25,487 nucleotides of DNA from Thermoplasmata archaeon (GTDB taxonomy: Archaea; Thermoplasmatota; Thermoplasmata; RBG-16-68-12; JAJISG01). The DNA lies in contig JBHHWA010000001.1 of NCBI GenBank assembly GCA_046756285.1, positions 1 through 25,487 of the forward strand, given 5' to 3'. Both the position numbers and the translations under genes were made by a program. The number at the start of each line of letters is the position of its first letter. The stretch's first letter is position 1. Of the stretch, positions 15,240 to 23,829 are shown in pieces. Below the pieces are notes generated by a model. That model made no database searches. It had not been told where the DNA came from and saw nothing but the letters and a program-made list of their open reading frames with translations.

Positions 15240-18053
15240 TTAGGGCGGCTCGGACCGCCGAATGGCGATCCCTCGGTCCACGTCGCCGATATCCAGCGAG
15301 TTGATGTTCTTGCCGAGATCAGCGATCCACTGGGTGGACCAGGAGATCCCCTTATCGTGGCGATACCAGAGGATATCTCCCGTCTCGGTGCCGACAAGGA
15401 CGTCGTCCCAGAAGTCCCCGTCGATGTCCCCGACCCGTAGGGTATAGACCTTGTCCGCCGAAGGGACTTGGTTGATCGCCGTGCGGTCCCAGGAGCCGTC
15501 GTTGGCAAACCAATGGACGAAGCCCAGTTCATTGCCCGTGACCACGTCCAGAGTCTCGTCGCCGTCGATATGGCCCACGTCCACGGCGAGGACGAGGGAC
15601 CCCGCCGATAGTCTCGCAGAGGAACCCCAACCGGGGCCGTAGGCGACGATGGCATCGGAGCCTCTGGCCAGCACGATGTCATTGTGCCCGTCGCCGTCCA
15701 CGTCGGCCACCGTCAGGTCCTTGATTTCCGCTCCCACCCCGAAGGCCTGGGAGGTCGGGAAGTCACCGAGGCCGTCGTTCTCGTAGATTCGGAGGAAACC
15801 ACTCTTCATCCCCGCCACGATGTCGTTGAACCCGTCGCCCGTGACGTCCGCCAGCTTGATCTCCACGACCTCACTGCCGAGATCCGCCACGAGGGTGCGG
15901 CTCCAGACCCCCGTGTTATAGTAGGCATAGATCTGGCCGAGGACATTGCCCGTCACCACGTCGTTGTCCGTATCCCGGTCGATGCGGCCCGCGTCGACGG
16001 TCCATAAGGCCACGCCCTGGTCGTCAATCTGTATGCGCTGCCAGAAGTTACCCGCTCCGTCCAAGTTTCTGTACCAGAAGAGGGGGGCCACTTCGGCGGC
16101 AGTGACGGCGTCCAGGTCCCCATCCTCGTCCATATCGGCCAAGGTGATGTCGTGGAACGGCCCGCGGCCCCAGGGCGGGTCCGGATCCATGGGCGTGGAC
16201 TGATGGTACTCGATGAGATAGACCGCCCATGGGGGGATGTTCTCGAAGAAGAGGGCATACCACTTCTGGTCGAAGATGGGGTGGCCGAACTCCTCGTTGG
16301 CGGTGACGACGTCCAGCTTCCAACGCGGACCCTGGACCGTCACCTGAGCCGCGAGGGCGTACACCTCGTTGCCATCTCGAATCTCCTTGATACGGAACCC
16401 GTAGGAGTTGATTCCCGGCAACCATGCATCCGCGTTGTTGTTCGAGAGGTCTACAGAGAACGTGTAGTTCCGGATGTCCAGGATGGACAGTGGGCCGATG
16501 GGATCGACACCTGGGGTCGCCCAGATCTGAACGCCGCCGAAGTAGTCGGAGACGAACACGTCTCCGGCGCTCACGGACAGGTCTGTCTCCCGAACGGTGA
16601 CCTTCACGTACATCACGTCCGTGTAGTTGAAGCTCGTCGCTTGTTGGGTGTAGCCCGCGTCCTTGTAGAACGTGAGTCGGGGATAGTCGGGAGAGCCACC
16701 CGCGTCGTCCGTGACGGTGATGGTGTCTGTGGTCGCAAACCGGTTCAGAGGAGGGCCCGCGATGGAGGACTTCAGCTCGATGGTCAGGGGGTACTGCCCG
16801 TAGGCCAGCTGGACCCCGTCGAACCCGGCGTCCGCCGATGTGGTGCTGAACCGGTGCTCGTACACGTAGTAGTCGCCCACGAACTCCACGAAAGAGAACG
16901 CCTTCGTGCTGGAGGGGGTGGTCGTCTCCCCCACGGGCTCGTTATACGGCGGGTCACTATACACGAGGGGGGTGAGCGGGACCACCGAGGGATCGTGCAT
17001 GAAGAAGTCGTTCTTGAAATCCAAGTCCCGTAGGGTCTGGCTCGCCACGACAACCACCACCGTTTGTCCCTTGACGAAGGTTCGCGTGCTCGTGGCATTC
17101 CAGCGGTTGGCATTCCAGTCCGACTCCTCATAAATGTCGAAGCGCTGGACACTCGAGGCGAAGGTCAGGGCCACGGGCCCCGCGGGGTCTGGGATGCTCC
17201 CGGTGTCCACGACCCGGAGAGTGAGGCGCGTCTGCGCTTCGCGGCCGCCCTGGTCCGTGGCGTTAAGGATGATGATCCCCCCATCCCAGCTCAGCATGGC
17301 GGCGAAACTCAGTGAACGACTGAAGACTCCATCTCCGGCCAGGGCGTCTCCGATGTTGGGATCCCCGTTGTCCAGCAGCTGCACGTAGCCAAGCGGCCCG
17401 CCGAATCCGAAGGTCAGGTACCCCCAAACGGAGGCCGGATTGAGGTCCCCATCGGGGTCCCCGACCCGGGCGTAGATCGCGAAGGTGTCGTCCACGGCCA
17501 CGGGATCGCGGCTCAGCGTCGAAGGCTCTGAATCGAACCACTTCTCCAGGAAGACGGGCAGGTGCTCCCCGCCCTCGCCCAAGAGGATTTGGTCCCAGAC
17601 GACCGTTCCGCGGACCACGTCCGCGACCAAAACGCCGACCTCCGCGGTGATGGGGATCGTCTCGTTCTCGTAGGTCCACGTCTCCCCGATATTCCAGTGG
17701 ACGTCGGGACCATCGACGCCGTACGGCTTTACGCTCACGCCGTCAAAGTGACTTCCTTGGGTCTTGAGCGTGTGCGTAGTCCCGTCGATGGTGAGGTAGA
17801 CACGAGTGTTTGGATCCAGCAGATCATCCCCGCCAAGGTGCGTGAGGTTGACGTAGGCCCCGGCCCAGGATCCGGCCACGTACCGCCCCTCGAGGCCGCC
17901 ATCGATGCCGGCATTCCCCGCGGCCCGGGGCGCGGGGAGGGTGAAGACCCAGAGAACGATGGTGGAGAAGATGACGACCGTGATCAGGAGGATGAGAATG
18001 GTTCCAATGACCTCTGAGACTCCACGATGGTCCAGAGGTCTCCGCGGCAGCAC
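15240..18053 (-). CDS. Giant type IV pilin-like surface protein, paralog 3: same architecture but an uninterrupted FG-GAP propeller (937 aa)
   Basis: N-terminus identical to paralog 2; six consecutive FG-GAP repeats plus half repeat IGDVDRG; lacks the ~310-330 aa insert. Confidence 0.9.
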   Translation of the reverse strand: MLPRRPLDHRGVSEVIGTILILLITVVIFSTIVLWVFTLPAPRAAGNAGIDGGLEGRYVAGSWAGAYVNLTHLGGDDLLDPNTRVYLTIDGTTHTLKTQGSHFDGVSVKPYGVDGPDVHWNIGETWTYENETIPITAEVGVLVADVVRGTVVWDQILLGEGGEHLPVFLEKWFDSEPSTLSRDPVAVDDTFAIYARVGDPDGDLNPASVWGYLTFGFGGPLGYVQLLDNGDPNIGDALAGDGVFSRSLSFAAMLSWDGGIIILNATDQGGREAQTRLTLRVVDTGSIPDPAGPVALTFASSVQRFDIYEESDWNANRWNATSTRTFVKGQTVVVVVASQTLRDLDFKNDFFMHDPSVVPLTPLVYSDPPYNEPVGETTTPSSTKAFSFVEFVGDYYVYEHRFSTTSADAGFDGVQLAYGQYPLTIELKSSIAGPPLNRFATTDTITVTDDAGGSPDYPRLTFYKDAGYTQQATSFNYTDVMYVKVTVRETDLSVSAGDVFVSDYFGGVQIWATPGVDPIGPLSILDIRNYTFSVDLSNNNADAWLPGINSYGFRIKEIRDGNEVYALAAQVTVQGPRWKLDVVTANEEFGHPIFDQKWYALFFENIPPWAVYLIEYHQSTPMDPDPPWGRGPFHDITLADMDEDGDLDAVTAAEVAPLFWYRNLDGAGNFWQRIQIDDQGVALWTVDAGRIDRDTDNDVVTGNVLGQIYAYYNTGVWSRTLVADLGSEVVEIKLADVTGDGFNDIVAGMKSGFLRIYENDGLGDFPTSQAFGVGAEIKDLTVADVDGDGHNDIVLARGSDAIVAYGPGWGSSARLSAGSLVLAVDVGHIDGDETLDVVTGNELGFVHWFANDGSWDRTAINQVPSADKVYTLRVGDIDGDFWDDVLVGTETGDILWYRHDKGISWSTQWIADLGKNINSLDIGDVDRGIAIRRSEPP

Positions 18054-18136
18054 TCGAGCTCCTCCCAGGAAGGAGGCTTGTTTGCGCTGGCCAGCTTATT
18101 TAATCGTTCCCGCGGGATTATCGATGAAGATAGCCA
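17860..18136. repeat. 277-bp perfect direct repeat, copy 2 (promoter, SD and first 194 nt of paralog 3)
   Basis: Identical to 14793-15069. Confidence 0.93.
18093..18123 (-). promoter_or_regulatory. Promoter of paralog 3 (identical to that of paralog 2)
   Basis: Lies within the 277-bp repeat. Confidence 0.7.
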
Positions 18137-18214
18137 GGGTGCTCGGGAGCCTACTCCTCCAAGTCCCCCGTTTGGTGCTATGGGGCGGTGAAGGGACCGA
18201 TGCCAGTAAAGAAG

Positions 18215-18220
18215 TTTTAA
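18215..18220 (+). promoter_or_regulatory. TATA box (TTTTAA) of the signal peptidase gene
   Basis: Begins 32 nt upstream of ATG18247, preceded by purine-rich AAAGAAG (BRE-like). Confidence 0.6.
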
Positions 18221-18246
18221 GAGGCCAGTGCCCGCTATGACGAGCA

Positions 18247-19194
18247 ATGCCCAAGGAGGAGGCACGCCGTCTCCCACCCTCTCTTGTCAGCTTCCTGCGG
18301 GACCTAGCCGTGGCCTTCCTCCTCGTGGCCATCGTCTTTGCCGCCCTCTTCGCTTTCGCCCGCACCTGGCCCCCCATGGTCGTGGTGGAGAGCGGCAGCA
18401 TGCAGCACAGCAACACGGAGAGCTTCATCGGCGTGGTGGACACGGGGGACATCGTGATCGTCCAGACGGCCCCCCTCCGGCAGGACATCGCCACCTACGT
18501 GCAGGGCCGCGCCGCCGGCTATACGACCTACGGCGACTTCGGGGATGTGATCGTTTTCCAGGATCCCGATCCCAGGGCCCCGGAGGGGAGGTGGATCATT
18601 CATCGGGCCTTGGTCTTCCTGGCCTGGAACGAGACGGCCATGGGCTTCGACATTCCTACCCTCGAATCCCTGGAGCGGGGTATTGACTGGGACTCCAGCG
18701 CGGCCACCCCGTTCGGTCTCGGCCCGGGCGATTCCGTGGTCCTGATGGGCGTCGGTTTCCGCGAACGCGATCTGACCCTCCGGATCGACGACTTCTACGG
18801 CGACCGGGACCCCCAGGACTGTCCTGCTTCCTGCGAAGGATACGTCACGATGGGGGATAGAAACGCCCCCACCTTCGACGATGACCTCGTCTTCCAGGGT
18901 CTCGTCCTTGGGCGCGCGCGGGGAGAGCTCCCGTGGTTCGGTCTCCTGAAGCTCACCTTCGCAGGCCCCTTCGTGTGGGGCGATTCCGAGGCCCCCGCCA
19001 ACAGCTGGACGGCCCTGACCGTCTCCCTAATTCTCCTCATCGCCGGTCCCATTGGCCTCGATGTCGGGCTCTCCCTCTTGGCTGCCCGCCGGAAAGAGGC
19101 CGAGTCGGACAACCCCGGGGAGGGCGAGCCGGACGCGAACCCGCATGGGGAGGAGGGGCCGCCGGAGGAAGGGGAGGATCCGTCGGCTAAATGA
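18247..19194 (+). CDS. Signal peptidase I, S26 family (archaeal Sec11-like, Ser-His type)
   Basis: N-terminal TM, PPMVVVESGSM (catalytic Ser), IIHRA (His), VTMGDRN, C-terminal TM and acidic tail. Confidence 0.9.
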   Translation: MPKEEARRLPPSLVSFLRDLAVAFLLVAIVFAALFAFARTWPPMVVVESGSMQHSNTESFIGVVDTGDIVIVQTAPLRQDIATYVQGRAAGYTTYGDFGDVIVFQDPDPRAPEGRWIIHRALVFLAWNETAMGFDIPTLESLERGIDWDSSAATPFGLGPGDSVVLMGVGFRERDLTLRIDDFYGDRDPQDCPASCEGYVTMGDRNAPTFDDDLVFQGLVLGRARGELPWFGLLKLTFAGPFVWGDSEAPANSWTALTVSLILLIAGPIGLDVGLSLLAARRKEAESDNPGEGEPDANPHGEEGPPEEGEDPSAK

Positions 19195-20419
19195 GGGTCG
19201 TCTGGACCTTGGGCCGATAGCTGCGCAGCTCCATCAGCACGTCGTCGCGGGAGAGGATTCGCTTCACGTCCGGCGCCGAGACGCTGGATTGAATCTCCTT
19301 CGTCCGCCCACCACGTCCGAAGGACTTGACCTTGGCGTTGATGAGCCCCAACATGTCCAGCTCCGAGATGAGGTCCGTCACCCGTCGCTGGGTTAGCGGG
19401 CTGAGGCCGGCCCGCTTGCAGAGCTGCGAGTAGGTGTCGTAAACCTCTCCCGTCGTGAGCTTCACGATGCCCACCTCCTGCTGTAGGATGATGCCCAGGA
19501 GGATGAGCTTCGAGTGGGTGGGCAGGGAGCGCACGGCCTCGATGACCAGGTCGAGCTCGATCTTGTTCTTCGCGCGCTGGACCAGGGCCTCCGTGATGCG
19601 GCTTCGACCCTTGCGGTCCGTCAGTTCGCCGGCGACTCGGAGGAGGTCCAGGGCCCGCCGGGCGTCCCCATGCTCCTGGGCCGCCAGAGCCGCGATGAGG
19701 GGGATGACCCCGTTCTCGATGACGCCAGGGTCGAAGGCGAGTTGCGCCCGCTGCTCGAGGATGTCACCGAGCTCCTTGGCGTTGTAAGGCGGGAAGACCA
19801 TCTTCTCGTCGCTGAGCCGGCTCTTCACGCGCGGGTCGAGAAACTCCGTGAACTTCAGGTCGTTCGAGATCCCAATGAGGCTGACCTTGGCCCGATCCAG
19901 GTCGTCGTTGATCTTCGTAAGGTGGTACAACACGTCGTCGCCGCTCTTGTAGACCAGCTTGTCGATCTCGTCCAAGCAGATGACGACGACCCGCGGCGCC
20001 TCGTCAATCTTCCCGCGGAGGAGGTTGTACACCCGCTCCGTGGAGAGACCGGTGAAAGGGATGCGCTCGTCGAAGTCCTGGATGAACCGGTTTCCCACGT
20101 TCTGGAAGACCCCGTAGGGGGTGTCCACGATCTCGCAGTTGATGTAGAAGTACTCCACCCGGTCCTCGATGTCGGCCCGCCGGAACTCGTTCCCCACGTA
20201 CTTCACGACGGCCGTCTTCCCCGTCCCCGTCTTCCCGAAGATCATCACGTTGGAGGGCATCTCCCCCCGGAGGGCCGTGGCCAGAACGGAAGCCAGCTGG
20301 TTGATCTGCCGCTCCCGATGCGGGAGGCTGTCGGGAATGTAGGAAGGGCGGAGGACGTCCCTGTTCTCCCGGAAGATGGATGTCGTGCGAAGGTAGGGTT
20401 GGAAGATGTTCCCTTCCAT
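19187..20419 (-). CDS. cdc6: Orc1/Cdc6 replication initiator
   Basis: YIPDSLPHRERQI, Walker A GKTGTGKT, Walker B LDEID, DPRVKSRL, GDARRALDLLR, winged helix ISELDMLGLINAKV..GRGGRT. Start is ATG20419 or the in-frame ATG20479. Confidence 0.96.
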   Translation of the reverse strand: MEGNIFQPYLRTTSIFRENRDVLRPSYIPDSLPHRERQINQLASVLATALRGEMPSNVMIFGKTGTGKTAVVKYVGNEFRRADIEDRVEYFYINCEIVDTPYGVFQNVGNRFIQDFDERIPFTGLSTERVYNLLRGKIDEAPRVVVICLDEIDKLVYKSGDDVLYHLTKINDDLDRAKVSLIGISNDLKFTEFLDPRVKSRLSDEKMVFPPYNAKELGDILEQRAQLAFDPGVIENGVIPLIAALAAQEHGDARRALDLLRVAGELTDRKGRSRITEALVQRAKNKIELDLVIEAVRSLPTHSKLILLGIILQQEVGIVKLTTGEVYDTYSQLCKRAGLSPLTQRRVTDLISELDMLGLINAKVKSFGRGGRTKEIQSSVSAPDVKRILSRDDVLMELRSYRPKVQTTLI

Positions 20420-20564
20420 GAAGGACTCCCCTGAGAAGGCGGCTCCCCCAAAAGGTCCGCCCCCTTGGACCGACGGCATAACCCGCGTCTCTACAAAAGG
20501 CTTTGTTTCGACGGCTGCCGAACAACTTTTCTGGAGGGTCTGGCGGTACTGGCCTCGGCGGGAA

Positions 20565-21374
20565 TTACTCGCGCCAGTCGAGGCCGAAGGTGCGGATACC
20601 CACCTTGGGAATGAGGGGCATCTTTCGCTTGTGAATGGAGCGACGGACCAGGGCCTCTGTTTCCCTCACTTTCTTCATCGACAGGCCGGTTCGGGTCGCA
20701 ATTTCCTCGAGGGGCATCTCCAGTTCGAGGCCCAGAAGGACCCGATCCAGGTCCTCGTACGAGATGCCCAGCTCCCCCTCGTCGGTCTGCCCCTCCCACA
20801 GACCTGCCGACGGGACTTTCTCAAGGATGTTGTGTGGGATAGCTAGATGTCGCGCCATTTCCCGAACCTGAGTCTTGTAGAGGTCACCAAGCGGGGCGAA
20901 GTCGGACCCCCCGTCCCCCCAGAGGGTGAAATAACCACTCGCGACCTCGGATTTGTTGCTGGTCCCTATGACGAGGCGATTTTCGGCATGGGCGATCTGA
21001 TAGAGGGTAATCATTCGGAGGCGTGCCTGCACATTCCCCTGACCAATGCGGTCATCCCCAGGAATGTTGAGTTGCCCGAGGACGCTCTCCACCATCGACC
21101 CGACTTCGACTACGCGAAAGTCGATGCCGAGGTGGTCCGCCCACTCCGCCGCGTCTCGCTCATCCTCGGAGTCATCGGCCTTCAGGGGCATCGCGAGCCC
21201 CAGCACATTGGGGGCCCCGATGGCGTCGGCCGACAGTCTGGCGACGACGGAGGAGTCGAGCCCTCCGCTCATCCCCAGAACGAAGCCCTCTCGTCCGCTC
21301 TCCTCCCAATGGTGGCGAAGGAACGACTGGATGATGGAAACCTGGTCCTCTCGGAAGGAGGGCCTGAGGGCCAT
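20565..21374 (-). CDS. nadE: NH3-dependent NAD+ synthetase
   Basis: GMSGGLDSS, GNVQARLRM, GTSNKSE, GYFTLWGDG, DLYKTQV, PSAGLWEGQTDEGELG, HKR. ATG21374 preferred over the upstream extension to 21425. Confidence 0.95.
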   Translation of the reverse strand: MALRPSFREDQVSIIQSFLRHHWEESGREGFVLGMSGGLDSSVVARLSADAIGAPNVLGLAMPLKADDSEDERDAAEWADHLGIDFRVVEVGSMVESVLGQLNIPGDDRIGQGNVQARLRMITLYQIAHAENRLVIGTSNKSEVASGYFTLWGDGGSDFAPLGDLYKTQVREMARHLAIPHNILEKVPSAGLWEGQTDEGELGISYEDLDRVLLGLELEMPLEEIATRTGLSMKKVRETEALVRRSIHKRKMPLIPKVGIRTFGLDWRE

Positions 21375-21503
21375 GCTCGCATCATGGCAGGCTAGGTACA
21401 ATAGCTTGGCCCGCACCATCCGCAAGCCGTCATCCTGGTCGACTCAGGCCTGGCACGCACCGCGCAGGGCTTTTATCGAAAGAGGGAATGGAAGTGCAGA
21501 ACC

Positions 21504-23819
21504 ATGGCCGAGCCCACTCTGCAGGGCAAGCGCTGGGAGCCCACGAGGGAAGAGGAACTCCTTCACACGTGGGAGTCCGACCTCTATCGTTTCGACGCAG
21601 ACAGCGGAAAGCCCATTTTCACCATCGACACGCCCCCTCCCTACCCGTCGGGAATGAGCTGGCACATCGGCGCGGTGGCCAGCTACTCCCTCATCGACAT
21701 GATTGCTCGGAGCCTGAGGATGCGGGGGTACGAGGTCCTCTTTCCCTTTGGCCTGGATCGAAACGGCATCAACATCGAGCGGACGGTCGAGCGAAAGTAC
21801 GACAAGCCGCTCTACGAATGGGATCGCCAGGAGTTTATCGACGTCTGCCGGAGGGAGGTGGATCGGCAGTCGCAGGTTTACCTGAAGACCGCCCACCGCA
21901 TCGGTTTCTCCGCCGACTTCGACGAATACTACTACGAAACCGACTCGCCTGAGTATCGGGCCATGTCCCAAGGCGTCTTCATTCAGCTCTTCAACCAAGG
22001 CTACTTCTACCGGGACCTTCGGCCCACGTTTTACTGCCCTGGTGATCGCACGGCCGTGGCCGAAGCGGACATCGAGTACGAGGTCCGGTCCTCGAAGCTC
22101 GTGCACATCGAGTTCCAGGGGGAGGACGGCCCTTCGGTGACGATTGCGACCACACGCCCGGAACTCCTCTTCGCATGCGATGCGGTGGTCGTACACCCGG
22201 ACGACGAGCGATACAGTGATCTTCACGGGTCGACCCTCCTCGTCCCGCCGCTCGGCAAGTCGGTCAAGGTCCACCCCCACCCGGCCGCCGATCCCGAGTT
22301 TGGAACCGGCGCAGCCATGATCTGTTCCTACGGTGACACGACGGACATCCAGCTCTTCCGGGAACTCGAGCTGACCCCCGTGGCGGCCATCGACGAGGAG
22401 GGGCGGATGACCGCCGAGGCGGGGGCCTATCAGGGGATGACCGTCGCCGAGGCCCGCGAGGCCATCACCGTGGATATGGAGAGGGAAGGGGTCGTCGAGA
22501 AGGTCGAGCAACTCGCCCACAAGACCCCGGTGTGCGGGCGGTCGGGGGACGCCATCGAGTTCGTTCAGACGGAAGACTGGTACATGCGGCAGCTGGACGT
22601 CCTCCCCGAGCTCCGCAACCTCGCCGGTGAGATGGCGTTTCACCCCGACCGGCATCGGCAACTCCTGCTGGACTGGATCAACGCCCTCACCATCGACTGG
22701 CCGGTCGGTCGACGGCGGTACTACCACACGGAGATTCCCCTCTGGTACTGCGAGGGGTGCGGCGAGGCCCTCGCCCCGGAGCCAGGCCCCTATTACCGGC
22801 CGTGGAAGGATCCGGCCCCCTTCGAGGCCTGCCCGCACTGCGGGGGAACCGCCTTTGAAGGGGAGGAGGGGGTCTTCGACACGTGGATGGACTCCAGCAA
22901 CAGCAACCTCCTAGCTACCTTGTACGATCGGGACGACGCCTTCTTCCGGGCCCACTTCCCCGCTTCCCTCCGCCCGCAGGGACGGGACATCGTCCGGAAC
23001 TGGTTGTATTACACCCTGCTAAAGAGCTACCGCCTCCTCGGCCAGAAGCCCTTCGAGCACGTGTTCATCCATGGCATGGGACTGGACAAGCTCGGCCGGG
23101 CGATGCACGACAGCCTCGGGAACGTCGTCGAACCGGGTCCCATCTTCGAGAAGCACGGCGTGGACGCCTTCCGATTCTGGGCCGCGAGCGAGACGAACGT
23201 GGGCGAGGACTTCCGCGTCTCCGAGGAGCGGATCGGAGGGGCCAAGAAGTTCCTCACGAAGCTCTGGAACGTGGCCCGCTTCATCTCGACGTTTCCGGAG
23301 GCCGAGGAGGACGATCTCCCCCCCACGGAGCGTTGGATTCTCGCGGAGCTGAACGCGCTCATCGAAGAGGCCCGCGGGGGCTACGAGGACTTCAACTTCT
23401 TCGTGCCTGCCAACCGGGTTCGGGACTTCTTGTGGAATCTCTTCGCACCCCATTACATCGAAATGGTGAAGCACCGGGCCTACGAAGGAGAACCGGCATC
23501 CCTGTACGTCCTCCATCGGGTCCTACGCGACCTCCTCCGCCTTCTGGCCCCCCTCTGCCCCTTCATCACAGACATCATCTGGCGGGCGATGTACGGCGGC
23601 TCCATCCATCGAGAGGCCCTGCCAGAGACCCAGGAGGCGTGGCGGAGCGATCTGCAGGCGCTGACCCCGGCCTTGGTGGACTTCAATTCTTCCATCTGGA
23701 AAGAGAAGAAGGAGCGGGGCCTCGCCCTGCGAGACGAGATTGCCGGGGTGGCTCTTCCCAAGGATCTAAGGCCGTTCGCCGACGAGCTGTCGCGAATGCA
23801 TCACGCCAAGTGGTCGTGA
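21504..23819 (+). CDS. valS: Valyl-tRNA synthetase (archaeal type)
   Basis: IDTPPPYPSG..WHIGA, IATTRPELL editing-domain motif, GTGAAMICSYGD, DTWMDSS, LRPQGRDI, DAFRFWAA, KLWNVARF. The KMSKS position reads AMHDS. TTTTAT 33 nt upstream. Confidence 0.95.
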   Translation: MAEPTLQGKRWEPTREEELLHTWESDLYRFDADSGKPIFTIDTPPPYPSGMSWHIGAVASYSLIDMIARSLRMRGYEVLFPFGLDRNGINIERTVERKYDKPLYEWDRQEFIDVCRREVDRQSQVYLKTAHRIGFSADFDEYYYETDSPEYRAMSQGVFIQLFNQGYFYRDLRPTFYCPGDRTAVAEADIEYEVRSSKLVHIEFQGEDGPSVTIATTRPELLFACDAVVVHPDDERYSDLHGSTLLVPPLGKSVKVHPHPAADPEFGTGAAMICSYGDTTDIQLFRELELTPVAAIDEEGRMTAEAGAYQGMTVAEAREAITVDMEREGVVEKVEQLAHKTPVCGRSGDAIEFVQTEDWYMRQLDVLPELRNLAGEMAFHPDRHRQLLLDWINALTIDWPVGRRRYYHTEIPLWYCEGCGEALAPEPGPYYRPWKDPAPFEACPHCGGTAFEGEEGVFDTWMDSSNSNLLATLYDRDDAFFRAHFPASLRPQGRDIVRNWLYYTLLKSYRLLGQKPFEHVFIHGMGLDKLGRAMHDSLGNVVEPGPIFEKHGVDAFRFWAASETNVGEDFRVSEERIGGAKKFLTKLWNVARFISTFPEAEEDDLPPTERWILAELNALIEEARGGYEDFNFFVPANRVRDFLWNLFAPHYIEMVKHRAYEGEPASLYVLHRVLRDLLRLLAPLCPFITDIIWRAMYGGSIHREALPETQEAWRSDLQALTPALVDFNSSIWKEKKERGLALRDEIAGVALPKDLRPFADELSRMHHAKWS

Positions 23820-23829
23820 AGACGGGGCC

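Noticed and set aside
11171-18053. Diversity-generating retroelement acting on the paralogs
   Set aside because: No reverse transcriptase; the inspected differences are mostly synonymous and not adenine-specific; no TR/VR pair.
18247-19194. Signal peptidase as the processing enzyme for the pilin-like proteins
   Set aside because: S26 enzymes cut class I signals after the hydrophobic region; class III signals need a PibD/FlaK aspartic peptidase.
20420-20564. Possible oriC/ORB upstream of cdc6 (GAAACAAAG and CTCCAGAAAAG on the minus strand)
   Set aside because: Only partial ORB-like halves, no repeated full ORB, no AT-rich unwinding element, and a very short spacer. A mini-ORB cannot be excluded.
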